Shown here piece by piece: positions 33,743 through 47,957 of a DNA stretch of 62,256 bases. Source of the DNA: Hydrurus foetidus (Eukaryota); assembly GCA_900617105.1 (NCBI GenBank), contig UYFQ01000028.1, positions 1 to 62,256 of the forward strand. Reading direction: 5' to 3'. The position numbers and the translations under genes are program-made. Below the pieces are notes generated by a model. That model was not told the DNA's origin. It worked only from the letters and a program-made list of their open reading frames with translations, and did no database searches. The number at the start of each line of letters is the position of its first letter. Within the stretch, counting starts at the first letter, position 1.

Positions 33743-35895
33743 ATGAAGATCTTCTTCATCTGCTGGATCTATTTCAACACAATCTTGACAGGTGAGGGCC
33801 CCAGCAGAAACGAAGATCAAAGGCAACTTGAAATTGCCCGAGATAGTCAATCACCACCGAATCATGATCGTCGGATTCTGATTACATGTGTTTGCTCGTA
33901 GGTCTCTCTACTGTGCGTGGTGGAGAAGATGTCATTCTGGAGAAGAGCGAGAGCTTATCAGCTGTAGGAAGTGAAGGTACCGAATCTTGATCAAATCTCA
34001 CATCAAGTTCAGTTCAATCACCACCGAATCATGATCGTCAGATTCTGACTACATGTGTTTGCTCGTAGGTCTCTCTACTGTGCGTGGTGGAGAAGATGTC
34101 ATTTTGGAGAAGAGCGAGAGCTTATCAGCTGTAGGAATTGAAGGTACCGAATCTTGATCAAATCTCACATCAAGTTCAGAATCATCGTCCTGACTACACA
34201 GGTCAACTATTTCAGCTGTAGGATTGAAGGTACCGAATCTTGATCAAATCTCACATCAAGTTCAGTTCAATCACTCCTGCAACACACGCAGTAATCTTTT
34301 TCTTGATAAATCGCAGGGATCTCAATGCAGTGCGGGACTTTACGCAGATGGTCGTAGATGTAGGCAGTGCCGAGCAGGAACGTGGTCACCTGCTGGCGCT
34401 AAGGCATGCAAAACTGCCCGGCTGGAACATACTCGGGGGTTGCCTCGGCTAAATGCTGGCCATGCGGCAAAGGATCGGTCTCCCAACCGAAATCGGCGAC
34501 GTGTACCACCTGTGTGGCTGGACAGTACGCCAATCAGCATGAAAGCGTATGCAAACCTTGCTTGAAAGACACATACTCCCTTGAACCCACGGACGCCTGC
34601 TTGACCTGCCCAAAAGGCTCTTATTCAGGGGTTGGCGAGAAGAGATGCCAGCGCTGTAGTCCAGGGCAAAACTTCGACTATCAAAATCTGTCTTGCGCAG
34701 ATTGCCATCCGTCCTACTACTCCCCTAACCCCGACGAACCTTGCCGCAAATGCCCAGCTGGCGAATACTCAGGCCCCAGGGCCGCCGAGTGCAAGAAGTG
34801 CCCAGATGGAACTACAGCAAAACCCGACCAAACGGGATGTACCGATCCGACTCCTCATCCTACCCCGGCTCCGACCACTCTTCCTACCCCCTACCCGACC
34901 CCTCTTGTTACCCCCCCTCCGACCCCTCTTCCTACCCCTTATCCTACCAGTCCCCCTCCCTGTCCGTACGGACAGTACTACGATGACCAGTTAGGCAGAT
35001 GTGTTTCGCCCTGTTCGCCTCCTCCTACGCAATTTCATTCTTCGTGTTTAGAGGGAGAGTACTTTGATGAACTCCTGCACGAATGCGTAACGTGCACAGC
35101 TGCAGATGCGCGTGCTTGTAAATGTACAGTTCGGTGCGATCCTGGCTATGGACCACACGGCATTGAACCATGTTCTCCGTGTGCGGTGAATACGTTTGCA
35201 CCTGACGGGGCGAAAATATGTATCCCCTGTCCCTTAACATGGTGGTGACAGATGAGAGAACGAACTGTGTGTACTGCAAGGCATCGTTCTACAGACAAGC
35301 GTACCCTGTCAACCCGTACTACCAGTACAGTAAGCCTGCGGAGTGCTTGAAATGTCCAGCCGGAACCTACTCCAGACCCCGAGACACAGGCTGTCGTACG
35401 TGTCCACCAGGCAAGACAGTAAATGCGGATCAAACAGGATGCATAGTTCTCACTCCCTCTCCAACCCGCGACCCCACCCCCGAACCCACCACTGCGACGT
35501 GCCCCAAGGGTTACGAACCATTTTTCGCACATCCCTGCCGGCCATGTGCAGTGAATACGTACGTACCTGAGGGAGAGATGTATTGCGAAGATTGTCCGCC
35601 AACCATGGTGGTGACAGATGAGAGGACGAAGTGTGTGTACTGCGAGCCATCCTTCTATAGACAAGCGTACGAAGTCAAGCCGTGGTACCAGTACAGCAAG
35701 CCCACTGAGTGCTTGAAATGTCCAGCAGGAACCTACTCTGGTTTCCAAGACACAGGCTGTTATGAGTGCCCACCAGGCCAAATCCTAAAATCCGATCAAA
35801 CAGGATGCCTGACTGTTCCTACTCGCTTACCTACCGAATCTCCCGCCCATTTACCCGGTTCCTACGCCCTCACATCCCAACCCACTGCGCTGTAG
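33743..35895 (+). CDS. Secreted Cys-rich repeat / PT-repeat surface protein, copy B (frameshifts near 34400 and 35235)
   Basis: Signal-peptide-like exon MKIFFICWIYFNTILT (33743-33791). 75-nt exon 2 present twice. Long exon 3 with CxxCPAGTYS modules. Confidence 0.8.
33847..34272 (+). repeat. 167-bp tandem repeat carrying exon 2 of the Cys-rich gene (two full copies and one deleted copy)
   Basis: TCAATCACCACCGAATCATGATCGTC at 33847 and 34014. Single copy in unit C. Confidence 0.9.
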
Positions 35896-37514
35896 ATGGT
35901 TGTAACCACTCCGCGCCTGCTTCGCATTTAGCACCCCTCAGCAGGGCTCTTAAATATCGTCTCCTTCTCTCACCATCGTCGGCCCACACTCACAATAAAT
36001 CGATTCCTCCTACAAGCTTCTCGTCGAATATAATCCGGTTGCTGTTATTTCTTTTATACGCCATGTAGCAGCCGCACTGTCGGGTTCATGCATCGCCTAT
36101 ACCGTCTGGTCACACCACATCATATTATACTACATTATATAACTTTACATTACACTACACTATCTACCATCGGGTACCTGATCATTATCATCGAAACCAG
36201 TACCGCAGCTGATACCTCTACCCCTTGAACTAAGACTTACGTCACTATACACTTCAACTAGAACTTCTCCGCTCTATCTTACCGTAATCTACGTGAAAGC
36301 CAGAGCGATATGCAGCCATTGTGTCCTGGTCTCTTAGTCTATTATCCGATGTAATTTAATAAACATTGTTTGTCTTGACTCTTTTTGGCTTTACATCACT
36401 GCACTTAGTGACAGCAATATAAACAGTGTGTTACATGGTATGATATCGCATTGCCAGGGATGTTGTCGCGGTCACTACTAGCTATGCATGAGTGACATGT
36501 AAATGTCGTGGCGCATCGAACGTGCTCGTTCCCACAGAGCTTTAATTGACGGTCAAACTGTACTGTTATTTAATGAAAGTTTGTGACAGAAGCGAACACG
36601 TAGACATGAACAGGCTGCAAGTGTCCTGATGCTGACGATCCGCCATGACCGGGTATGAGGTGATGTGGACGAATCTCGTCTGGTGTGACGTGCAGTGTAA
36701 GTAGGGCAGATCCTCATCCACTTCTATCTCCTCATTCGCTTCATCGTGTTCCAAAAATGCGTGCTAATATTTTCTCAATAACCTCTCTCAAACCAGTGTC
36801 CAAATCAGCACATGGAACAAGCCAAGCTAAATTAAATTAAATCAGGACAACAAAAAGACGAGGTATAGCCAGACTTCGGTAGCGTTTACAATGATAGCAC
36901 CTTATGCATCTCTAACGACCACGTCGGTGGCATTTGTAGTGCAGTACTCCCTACTGGATTCAGTTTCTTTTATGTAAATCATACGCTATGACATTCCATC
37001 ATGATCTGACTGATGATCGATAGAGTAGTTCACTTTTGATTTGCAGCCTTTTGTTGAGTCGATGCATGGCCGGAGGCATCTCGATATTGCCCATTTTGCA
37101 TGAGTGGTAAATTTGTACTTTGAGAGCAACTTATTGTTGGTCTTCAGAAGTTCATGTCGTTTCGACGACATCGTTTTGAAATCAAGCAAAGCTAGAAAAT
37201 CTCTTCGTTCATTTGATAACGTATGTAGTGTCTCTCAGAGCATTGAAAGGGTCATATTCAAGCGTTTCATGCAGTGTTTCAGTGCTCCATTAATTAAAAC
37301 GTTTCATTTTTATTTCTTTTTCATGTTCTCATCTTGTTCATTTCTGAGAGTCAGAAATGAAAAATGAAAAAGTGAAGCCATGAAAATGTGAGGAGAGTCA
37401 GAAATGAAAAATGAAAAGTAAGTTATGAAGCGGGATTTGATAACTGAAAGAGGAAGTTGAGAATAGTTCTGAGAAGTGAGAAGTCGAAGTTCAGAAGGAT
37501 TCTACAGTGAATCA

Positions 37515-38308
37515 ATGCACTTCTGTAACTACTCTCGATGACTAGAAGCAATCACAACCTTGAGGTACATCAAGTCCCTCGACGAGGCAACGAAAGCCGT
37601 CACCGACTGCGGTGCACTGAAGCATAATTTCCTCTCCTATGGTATAGTGATATACGTTCCTGTGACTGACTCCGATAGCACTGGCGGGGAGGGACAGCAA
37701 CATAAGAAGACGAACCTCGGCAGTGATGCATGATACAAGATTGACCTCGGCAGCTCTATTGCTTGAGGGAAGAAGAAGCTATGTCCTCGGATACTGCTGT
37801 TGTCGACATGGGCTGACGTGAAATTTGGGTTCGCAGGTGCAGAACGAGTAGCACAATATCTTTCCTGCTTTCGATGGAAAGAACATGGTCGTATTCTTCT
37901 GGCATTGATGACATTTCCGAAGCTGATGCTCATGCCAAACTTGAAATATCTGGGAGTTGGAAACCTTACGTGACAGATTGGGTGATAGCAAGACATAGGA
38001 GACCTGTAGCAAATGTGATATCGTTCGTATCTATTTGCCATGTTTCTGATTTGAATAAAGGTGATGGGTGAGATGGCATGGACGAAACGATTGTGTAGAC
38101 GATGAATAGAGAATTCAAGGAGGAGACGGGAAGAGCATTAGCCTTCACAGAAGAACGTCATTGTTTTTCTTTCGTAGAATACAGAGGAACAAATATCATT
38201 CTGACCAGCATGTTCTGTCTGATGACTTCTGATTTGGCTCTCTTCTCGGGTACACTTTGCAACTTTCCTTCAGGTGCAACGCATCAGCGGGGGACACCGA
38301 TGAAATAA
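37515..38308 (+). pseudogene. Nudix hydrolase pseudogene, NUDT16-like (copy C)
   Basis: Same motif and same stops as copy B. Confidence 0.75.
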
Positions 38309-41300
38309 CTTACTGGGGCACTAGCAGCAGCAGCAGCAGCGTGATAGTCACTGATCATTCTGAAAGCGTTCAGAACACCAAAGTTCCTAACGTTTCAGCT
38401 TACTTAACTTCAACAACTGTGACGTCACTTGGAAGCACTGTAACGAAATCTACAGAACATATCACTCTTCCTATCGATGGAAAGAACATTGTCAGTTCTG
38501 ATGTACCAGAAGCTTCTGCACCGATGCCTCTGTTTGATGAAGAGGTTCGTACTAGTTGTGTTTTTCATTTCATTTCATTTGATATTATCGAATTCACAAC
38601 TAAACAGCAATACCATTTATTTGTCCACAAAAATGACCGCTGAGAACAACGATTGTCACACTATATTCGCCAAATATGCTGCAAGAAAATCCTGAGAAGT
38701 GCTGTTTTGTTCTGAATTCGACAATACGTGGTCACTATTTGTGCATTCCTGCTCATTCAGACGCTATTCAGTAATCTTATTTCATTTCAATATTGAACAT
38801 ATGAGAATACTTCTATGCAATGCCACACACAACAGTATCAAACCAAAATAAATGAACACGAAGAAGTAATGAAATGTATTTGAAGTCAGCAGTAACATGA
38901 TGACACAATAACATTTCTCACAATTTGATTAAAAAGCAACTTATAACACGTCAATCAAATACTTCCACAGAATGACCTACTTTTAAACAATACTGCACAT
39001 GTACTTCCATGCGTACGTAGGCATTTTACTTATTTACGAATAATCATTTGGCGCTACAATTGCCGGATGGATCGGATGTGACGGTCAATCAATTGTGGTC
39101 GAAATTCCTTTAAAAAAAACGAGAAATTTCCCTTGAAATACAAGGTTTCTTCTTTTTTTAGAGATCAAGGGTAAGAGTGAAAAAAAAGCCCTATTTGTGT
39201 TGATTAGATGACTGATTTATTCAGTAATTATTGCAACTTGTCTGATGCGACTGTTTTTGATTTCAAGAAAGTATCACTATGCATTCATCTACTACTAATT
39301 ATTTGTTAAATGCATGATAGGTTATTTTCAGTAGTTTGTTGACAACTTTTCGCTTCATTTTTACACATATTTTCGTTTTCTTCAACAGGTATGTGGTGAA
39401 AACAGGCGTGCATTACGGCTTAGATTATGCCGTCTACCGTACCCTTCCCACCCACTGCCATTCTGAAATATGCGCAATGGTAGTGGATGCGACTGTTCCC
39501 TTGTACCCAAGGGGCTTTAGGGGTAATTTTCAGGGAAATGGGGTCCTATGTGCGGAGAATGAAGGAGAAACAAGAGATGATAAATGCATCGCTGTAAACA
39601 AAAGAAAGTTTGAAGGTGATGAAGATGAAAAAAGTAAAATTCGGAGGGACGTTGATGGAAATAAAAACATTTGTCAACATGATAATGAGGAGCACAGAGG
39701 AACCAAATTAAGATCACAACGAGGAGAAAATGATCGAGAAGATGGAGGATATAGAGAGAGAGAGAGAGATGGAGATGATAATGAAGAAGAAGAAGAAGAA
39801 GAAGAAGAAGAGGAGATTGAGGTGGAGCCAACTAAATGTCAACAGGGATGGAGAAACATCTCAACTCTGACAAGAGTTATGCCAGTAAGTCAATTGTCAG
39901 TACTGTAGTATTCTATTCTATATAATACTATTTTACACTATATTATATCACACCATGTCATGCCACACTATACTGTACTATACTATACTATACTATACTA
40001 TACTATACTATACTATACTATACTATACTATACTATACTATACTATACTATATTATACTATATTATACTACATAATACTATACTATACTATACTATACTA
40101 TACTATACTATACTATACTATACTATACTATACTGTACTACACAACACTATACTCTACTATACTATCTTTACTATACTATATTGTACTACACCATACTGC
40201 ACTATACTGTACTGTACTGCACTATATCATACTATATCACACCATGTCATACTACACTGTACTATGCTACACTACACTGCACTACCTTGACAGGTATTTG
40301 TACTGTTCTAGTGCTGTTTATCACTCACCTAATTTTAATAAATTTTTCATAATCTACTCTAATATTTTCTTTCTGTTTTTTTCAGGATGTGATGAAACTT
40401 TTAACGTTATGTTACATCTTACCCGTTGCATTTCGATCAAACTTTGCCGTCAAACAAAACATCGGAGACGAAATCACAAATGATGAAAATGGTAGTGAAG
40501 ACAAAAGTGTCAACGAAAATAAAAATGAAACCAACGATGTTGATGATGGCATGATGGTAAATGAATATGATGGAAGAGGTAGTGAAGAAGAAATCGAAAT
40601 TATCGATGAAAATACGGGAAATGATGAATGTGGAGTAATTGCAGAAATGGAAGAGAGCGATGAGATGGAAATAATGCACAACGAAAAGGAGGAAGAGACG
40701 AATAACTCGGAAATTAATGAAGTGACCTATTATACGGACACTCTGACATCTCCACCTTGCTCTACCTCTTTCCCTACCTCTTCTTCTTCTCTACCTTCCT
40801 CTTCTTCTTTTTCTTCTTCTTCTCTACCTTCATCTTCTTTACCTTCCTCTTCTTGTTCCTCCTCTACATCTTTCCCTACCTCTTCTTCTTCTTCTTCTTC
40901 TTCAGCTGTAAGTAAAATTCCTTGTGTTTCTTCTTTCCAATACGCTGATTTATTTGCTGATCCAGCCAATATCACTGAAGGTAAAACAATTATCAGTTTC
41001 GTCATCATACATAAAAGTCATCATGTCGTACTTTACATGTCTCAAAAGAAATATGATACATCACACATTTTGCATAAGTCATATTTGTATTTAAATTATG
41101 ACTGATATTACACTCATTTATATCAGGTATAGATTATTCCACCCCCGCTTGTTTATCTCTTCTGACCGTACGTCCAGTTTCCGTTATGGTTAGAAGGCTG
41201 CCGGCAAAAGGTAACGATTTTCATTTTGCACAATCTAGAGCTGATTTTCTAGTAAAGTATTATGACTTTTCATGTATTTTGTTTCCGTTATATTTTAGTT

Positions 41301-43240
41301 TTTCGAAAGAATTTGCGATTCAATTTGTTTTTCTTATGGTGGATTTTTTTTATTTTTTATAGTATAAACATAGATAGAGTTCTATTTGTTACACTGATCG
41401 AAATCAGGATTCTATTTTTGAAATTCAGAACACGCGATGAAACTTAGACTGGGCGCAATTTGTAACTATTTTCGATTGGTGCTGTTCTTCTTTTTTGCAG
41501 GCGAAATCTACAAGTCTATTGGCGAAGTTCAAAAAAAATATCGAAGTTGTTCAATTTTGAAAATTCCGAGACAGTCAATAATGGGAAATGCATCAAAAAC
41601 CGGAAATAAGGGGAAAACCGTAGCTTAATGGTGTATCAACATTAATGAAGAAAAAACGAAAACAAAGAAGAGATCATACAGAATTGCGTACTAAATCGCA
41701 TACAAAGCACAACAAAATGTGGAAATCATTGAATGTTCCTATGTCTCAAGAAATGAGCAGTGCGCTGAAAACTCAAATTCAACAAGAAAAAGCACAAAAA
41801 TTGATTGAATTAGCAAATGACAAAAAGAACTCGGCAGAAGCTGTATTGAAGAGAGAACAAAGAAAAGAAAAACTAAGAATGGGTGAATCAAATGAAAACA
41901 ATGAGAATGACGTAAGTGGGAAGTCGGAAGAGAAAGAGGAAAAAAAAAGAAGGAAAAGATGTGGAAAGTAAAAATGCAATTGGCGATGACAACGAAAGTG
42001 ATGAAGAGGGAGGTGAGAACAGAGGGGATGAAAAGACCAGAGACAGAGAGGGGAAGGAGGAAAAGAGGGAGGGGGAGTGGGACAAGGTGGATTAACAAAC
42101 TTCAACTTCATGAAGAGGGAGGAGGAAAGGAAGGTGGAGGAAAGGAAAGGAAAGTGGAAAGAAAGATTGGAATGGAAGAAGGAAGTAGTGCCAGAAGCCA
42201 GTGTCAGTGTTGTCGATACCGATGTGTGCATCAATGAGAGCAACAGTAGAAGTGATGGTAATGGTGATGGTAAGGAAGTCGATGATTTTGGTACGATAGT
42301 CAGTACTGCTAGTGCCTCTGTCCTCGGTAACTTTGTCAGTCATGTTGAAGTTGAGAATGTTCCGTTGAAGAACGTTCCTATGAATGATGTTCCTATGGAG
42401 AATGTTCTTTTGTCTGGTACTGAAAGTGCTTCGTCAGTTGGCGATATTTACAATGAATCTCTTGATGCTGTTTATTTTGACGGAAACGATCTGCACAGTA
42501 ACGATGAAAGTTATGATGACAATGCAGTGAGCAACAGTAGTTGTAATAATGATGATAATGATAATGATAATGATATCGGCAGTCATAAGAAATATGAAAA
42601 TAAAGGACAGAATAAATATGAAAATGACGGCACTGATAAAGATGAAAATGTCGGTTATAGTAAATCCACTAGCAATAGTAATGACACCTACGATAATAGA
42701 AATAACGAAAATAACGCCAAATCCGTCAATACTGATTATTCAATATTACCGGAAAGTCTTGACAGTGTAGAGTTAGCAAGTGGCCCACCCGTACAGCATG
42801 TAAGTACGTACAACACGAATGAAGCGTTGACCAATGGTTGTGCTGACGATGGCATTGAAGTGGTTACGGATAATAGTATTCAAAATAATGGCGTAATAAA
42901 ACACGATAATACGACTAATAGCAGTTATGTCAATGATGATATTAGTGTTAGAAATAGCGGTGACTTCGACAGGAGTAGAATAATTGAAATCGATATCAGT
43001 GAAAACAGCAGTAACGATGATAACAGTGATTCGGACAATAGTGGTATAACAAATAACAACAACAACAATGATGATAACAATAGAAACAGTGATGATAGCA
43101 ACAACAATAAGTATGATAATAATGGCAATTCTGATGATATCACAAATAGACATAATAACGCTTTTGAGGACGATATAACAATCGAGGATGACGATAGCGA
43201 GGAAAGTGTTGTATTCATCAAAATGTCAAATGTCAAATAA
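38309..43240 (+). pseudogene. SEN2: tRNA-splicing endonuclease subunit Sen2-like (copy C)
   Basis: Same exon structure as B. CAA>TAA at 39111 upstream of the catalytic exon. Further frameshift near 41625. Confidence 0.8.
39960..40285. repeat. Intronic (TACTA)n microsatellite in SEN2 copy C
   Basis: Long perfect TACTA runs. Confidence 0.95.
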
Positions 43241-44183
43241 TTTGTCACCACAGACAATGCGTGATCACAGTGAATAAATTTCATAAAAGTGATTGTACTA
43301 AATTTCCAATTAAATCGAATCATTGTTGTTGGATAGGATAGAGGGACTTTATTTGTATTGAATGAATTTAAATCATAATTCGATTGGTTGTCTTGGAATC
43401 TGCATTCTCGCAAGCACATGGAATAGAAGAGAATAAGATAATTAGAAACATGATAAAATGAAATAAGACAAAACATTTTACAAAAACAAAACAAAGGAGA
43501 GAAAATGAAAACGACACCAAAGAAAACAAAACAAAATAGTGCAATACTTAACAACTTCAAAACAACAATTACCGTATGATGATGTAACACGACGTGGCAT
43601 GACAAAGTAACGAAAGGTAAATAGAGGAAATCAATAAAATTGACTTTCACAGTCGAAGAGGATTTTCGATAAAATTTGGAATCCGCTGATTGACTTGTTT
43701 CCATGTTTGACAGTATTTGATAGTTAATCAAATCAGATGGTGGAAGATAATGAGTTTCTCAAACTTGCGATTCACTTGTTCTGTAAAAGTTTTCGTTTTC
43801 GTTTTCTGTTCTCGAGAGATACGAGGTGTCTCCACCATATCAACTTCACATGTGGGCGTCTTACAAGACAAAAAAAAGTCCAGTGAAGAGTATGGATTCC
43901 CCACACAGGACACGCACACGGTCTTAACGAATTTTCAAATTTACATTCATGCGGAGAGATCGATCAAAAGTTTTCAATTGGAACCTCAAAATTTGAAAAA
44001 ACTGAAAATAATCGAGAAAAGAATCCCAAAAATTATTCGGAAAAATCCTCGTTGAAGCAAGTAGTTTTGAGTTTTGAATGACTTCAATGTTCAATGACAT
44101 GGTGTCTACCTATCACCACGATCGTGGCACAAAATTACGAAGAAATCGCCGAACGCCAATTGATGTTGAAGAAGCGACGCGAC

Positions 44184-46419
44184 ATGAAGATCTTTTTCTT
44201 CTGCTGGATCTATTTTAACACAATCTTGACAGGTGAGGGCACCAGCAGAGACAAAGATCAAAGGCAACTTGAAATTGCCCGAGATAGTCAATCAACACCC
44301 AATCATGATCGTCAGATTCTGATTACATATGTTTGCTCGTAGGTCTCTCCACTGTGCGTTGTGGAGATGATGTCATTCTGGAGGAGAGCGAGAGCTTATC
44401 AGCTGCAGGAACTGAAGGTACCGAATCTTGATCGAATCTCACATCAAGTTCAGTTCAATCACTCCTGCAACACACGCACCTAACATGTCTCCTCGATGTT
44501 GAATCGCAGAGCTTCTGGCTCTCAAATGCAAAGCGGGATATTACCTAGCTGTTACATGTAAGAAGTGCCCAGATGGAACGTGGTCAGCTGCTGACGCCAA
44601 GACGTGCAATGCATGTCCTGCGGGGACATACGGAAAGGACAACCTATCATGCAAAAATTGCCCGGCGGGAACATATTCGGAGGGTCACTGGGGTAAATGT
44701 AAACCATGCGGCAAAGGATTGGTTTCGCAACTGAAAGCGTCGATATGTACCATCTGTGTGGCTGGGTCATACGCCGATCAGCGTGACAACGTATGCAGAC
44801 ATTGCAAGAAAGGCACATACTCCCTTGGACTCGTGGATGCCTGCTTGACCTGCCCAAAAGGCTCTTATTCAGGGGTTGGCGAGAATAGATGCCACCACTG
44901 TCGTCCAGGGGAAAACTTCGACTATCAAAATCTGTACTGCGCAGATTGCCATCCGTCCTTTTACTCCCCCCACCCTGACGAACCTTGCCGCAAATGCCCA
45001 GCTGGCGAATACTCAGGCCCTAGGGCCTCCGACTGTAAGAAGTGCCCAGATGGAACTACAGCAAAACCCGACCAAACGGGATGTACCGATCCGACCCCTC
45101 ATCCTACCCCCGCTCCGACCCCTCATCCTACCGCCGACCCGACCCCTCATCCTACCCCCGCCCGACCCCTCATCCTACCCCCCTCCGACCCCTCATCCTA
45201 CCCCCCTCCGACCCCTTATCCTACTCCGACCCCTTATCCTACCCCTTATCCTCCCTGTCCGTACGGACAGTACTACGATGACCTGTTAGGCAGATGTGTT
45301 GGGTCGCCTGCCCCTACGCAACCTCCTTCTTCGTGTTTAGAGGGAGAGTACTTTGATGGACTCCTGCACGAATGCGTAACGTGCACAGCTGCACTTGCGC
45401 GTTCTGGTATATGTACAGTTCGGTGCGATCCTGGCTATGGACCACACGGCATTGAACCATGTTCCCCGTGTGCGGTGAATACGTTTGCACCTGACGGGGC
45501 GAAACAATGTATCCCCTGTCCCTTAGACATGGTGGTGACAGATGAGAGAACGAAGTGTGTCTACTGCAAGGCATCGTTCTTCAGACAAGCGTACCCTGTC
45601 AACCCGTACTACCAGTACAGCAAGCCTGCAGAGTGCTTGAAATGTCCAGCAGGAACCTACTCTAGATTCCGAGACAAAAGCTGTCGTAAGTGTCCACCAG
45701 GCAAGACAGTAAATGCGGATCAAACAGGATGCATAGTCCTCACTCCCTCTCCTACCGTCAGCCCCACCCCCGAACCCACCACCTCGCCTACCGCTGCTAC
45801 GGAACCTCCTGCTTCGTGTCTAGAGGGAGAGTACTTTGATGACCTCCTGGGCGAATGCGTAACGTGCACAGATGCGGATGCGCGTGCTGGTAAATGTACA
45901 ACAAGAAAGTGCCCCAAGGGTTACGGTCCATTTTTCGCACATCCCTGCCGGCCATGTGTAGTGAATACGTACGTACCTGAGGGAGAGACGAATTGCAGAG
46001 ATTGTCCGTTAACCATGGTGGTGACAGATGAGAGGACGAAGTGTGTGTACTGCGAGCCATCCTTCTTCAGACAAGCGTACGAAGTCAAGCCGTGGTACCA
46101 GTACAGCAAGCCTGCGGAGTGTTTGAAATGTCCAGCAGGAACCTACTCTGGTTTCCAAGACACAGGCTGTCATGAGTGCCCACCAGGCCAAATCCTAAAA
46201 TCCGATCAAACAGGATGCACACATGATCCAACTCTCCCACCTAACCCTTATCCTACCCGTGCTACGCCCCCCACTCCCGCCCCGACCGCTGAACCTACTC
46301 CCTCACCTACTGAACCTCCCATTGTTCCCCATCCACCCCGTCCCTACTCACACCACCACCCACACCTCAGCCAACAACAAATCCCACATCCCAACCCACT
46401 GCGCTGTAGATGGTTGTAA
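44184..46419 (+). CDS. Secreted Cys-rich repeat / PT-repeat surface protein, copy C (most complete)
   Basis: Exons 44184-44232, 44343-44417 and 44510 onward splice in frame (MKIFFFCWIYFNTILTGLSTVR...ELLALKCKAGYY...). The tail frame shifts near 46350; the homologous SQPTAL stop is at 46407-46409. Confidence 0.85.
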
Positions 46420-47957
46420 CCACTCCGCGCCTGCTTCGCATTTAACACCCCTTAGCAGGGCTCTTAAATATCGTCTCCTTCTCTCACCATCGTCGGCACA
46501 CACTCACAATAAATCGATTCCTTCTACAAGCTTCTCGTCGAATATAATCCGGTTGCTGTTATTTCTTTTATACGCCATGTAGCAGCCACACTGTGAGGTC
46601 CATGCATCGCCCACACCGTCTGGTCACACCACATCATATTATACTACATTACATCACTTTACATTACATTACACTATCTACCATCGGGTACTTGATCATT
46701 ATCATCGAAACCAGTACCGCAGCTGATACCTCTACCCCTTGAACTAAGACTTACGTCATTACGTACTTCAACTAGTACTTCTCCGCTCTATCTTACCGTA
46801 ATCTACGTGAAAGCCAGAGCGATATGCAGCCAATGTGTCCTGGTTTCTTAGTTTATTATCCCATGTAATCTAATAAACATTGTTTGTCTTGACTCTTTTT
46901 GGCTTTTCATCACTGCACTTAGTGACAGCAATCTAAACAGTGTGTTACATGGTATGATATCGCATTGCCAGGGATGTTGTCGCGGTCACTACTAGCTATG
47001 CATGAATGACATTTAAATGTCGTGGCGCATCGAACGTGCTCGTTCCCACAGAGCTTCAAACTGTACTGTCAATTGAAGGTCAAACTGTACTGTTGATTTA
47101 TGAAAGTCTGTGACAGAAGCGAATACGTAGACATGAACAGGATGCAAGTGTCCTGCTGCTGATGATCCGCCATGACCGGGTATGAGGTGATGTGGATGAA
47201 TCTCGTCTGGTGCGACGTACAGTGTAAGTAGGGCAGATCCTCATCCACTTCTATCTCCTCATTCGCTTCATCGTGTTCCAAAAATGCGTGCTAATATTTT
47301 CTCAATAACCTCTCTCAAACCAGTGTCCAAATCAGCACATGGAACAAGCCAAGCTAAATTAATTTAAATCAGGACAACAAAAAGACGAGGTGTAGCCAGA
47401 CTTCGGTAGCGTTACAATGATAGCACCTTATGCATCTCTAACGACCACGTCGGTGGCATTTGTAGTGCAGTACTCCCTACTGGATTCAGTTTCTTTTATG
47501 TAAATCATACGCTATGACATTCCATCATGATCTGACTGATGATCGATAGAGTAGTTCACTTTTGATTTGCAGCCTTTTGTTGAGTCGATGCATGGCGTGA
47601 GGCATCTCGATATTGCCCATTTTGCATGAGCGGTAAATTTGTACTTTGAGAGCAACTTATTGTTGGTCTTCAGAAGTTCATGTCGTTTCGACGACATCGT
47701 TTTGAAATCAAGCAAAGCTAGAAATTCTCTTCGTTCATTTGATAACGTATGTAGTGTCTCTCAGAGCATTGAAAGGAACATATTCAAGCGTTTCATGCAG
47801 TGTTTCAGTGCTCCATTAATTAAAACGTTTCATTTTTATTTCTTTTTCATGTTCTCATCTTGTTCATTTCTGAGAGTCAGAAATGAAAAATGAAAAGTGA
47901 TCGAAGTTATGAAGCGGGATTTGATAACTGAAAGAGGAAGTTGAGAATAGTTCTGAG

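Larger units (their letters stand above)
26858..37517 (+). repeat. Segmental tandem unit B (10660 bp)
   Basis: Collinear with unit C and highly similar outside the microsatellites, part of the SEN2 tail and the Cys-rich gene. Confidence 0.95.
37518..47957 (+). repeat. Segmental tandem unit C (10440 bp)
   Basis: Collinear with unit B. Ends abruptly at GAGAATAGTTCTGAG (47957). Confidence 0.95.
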
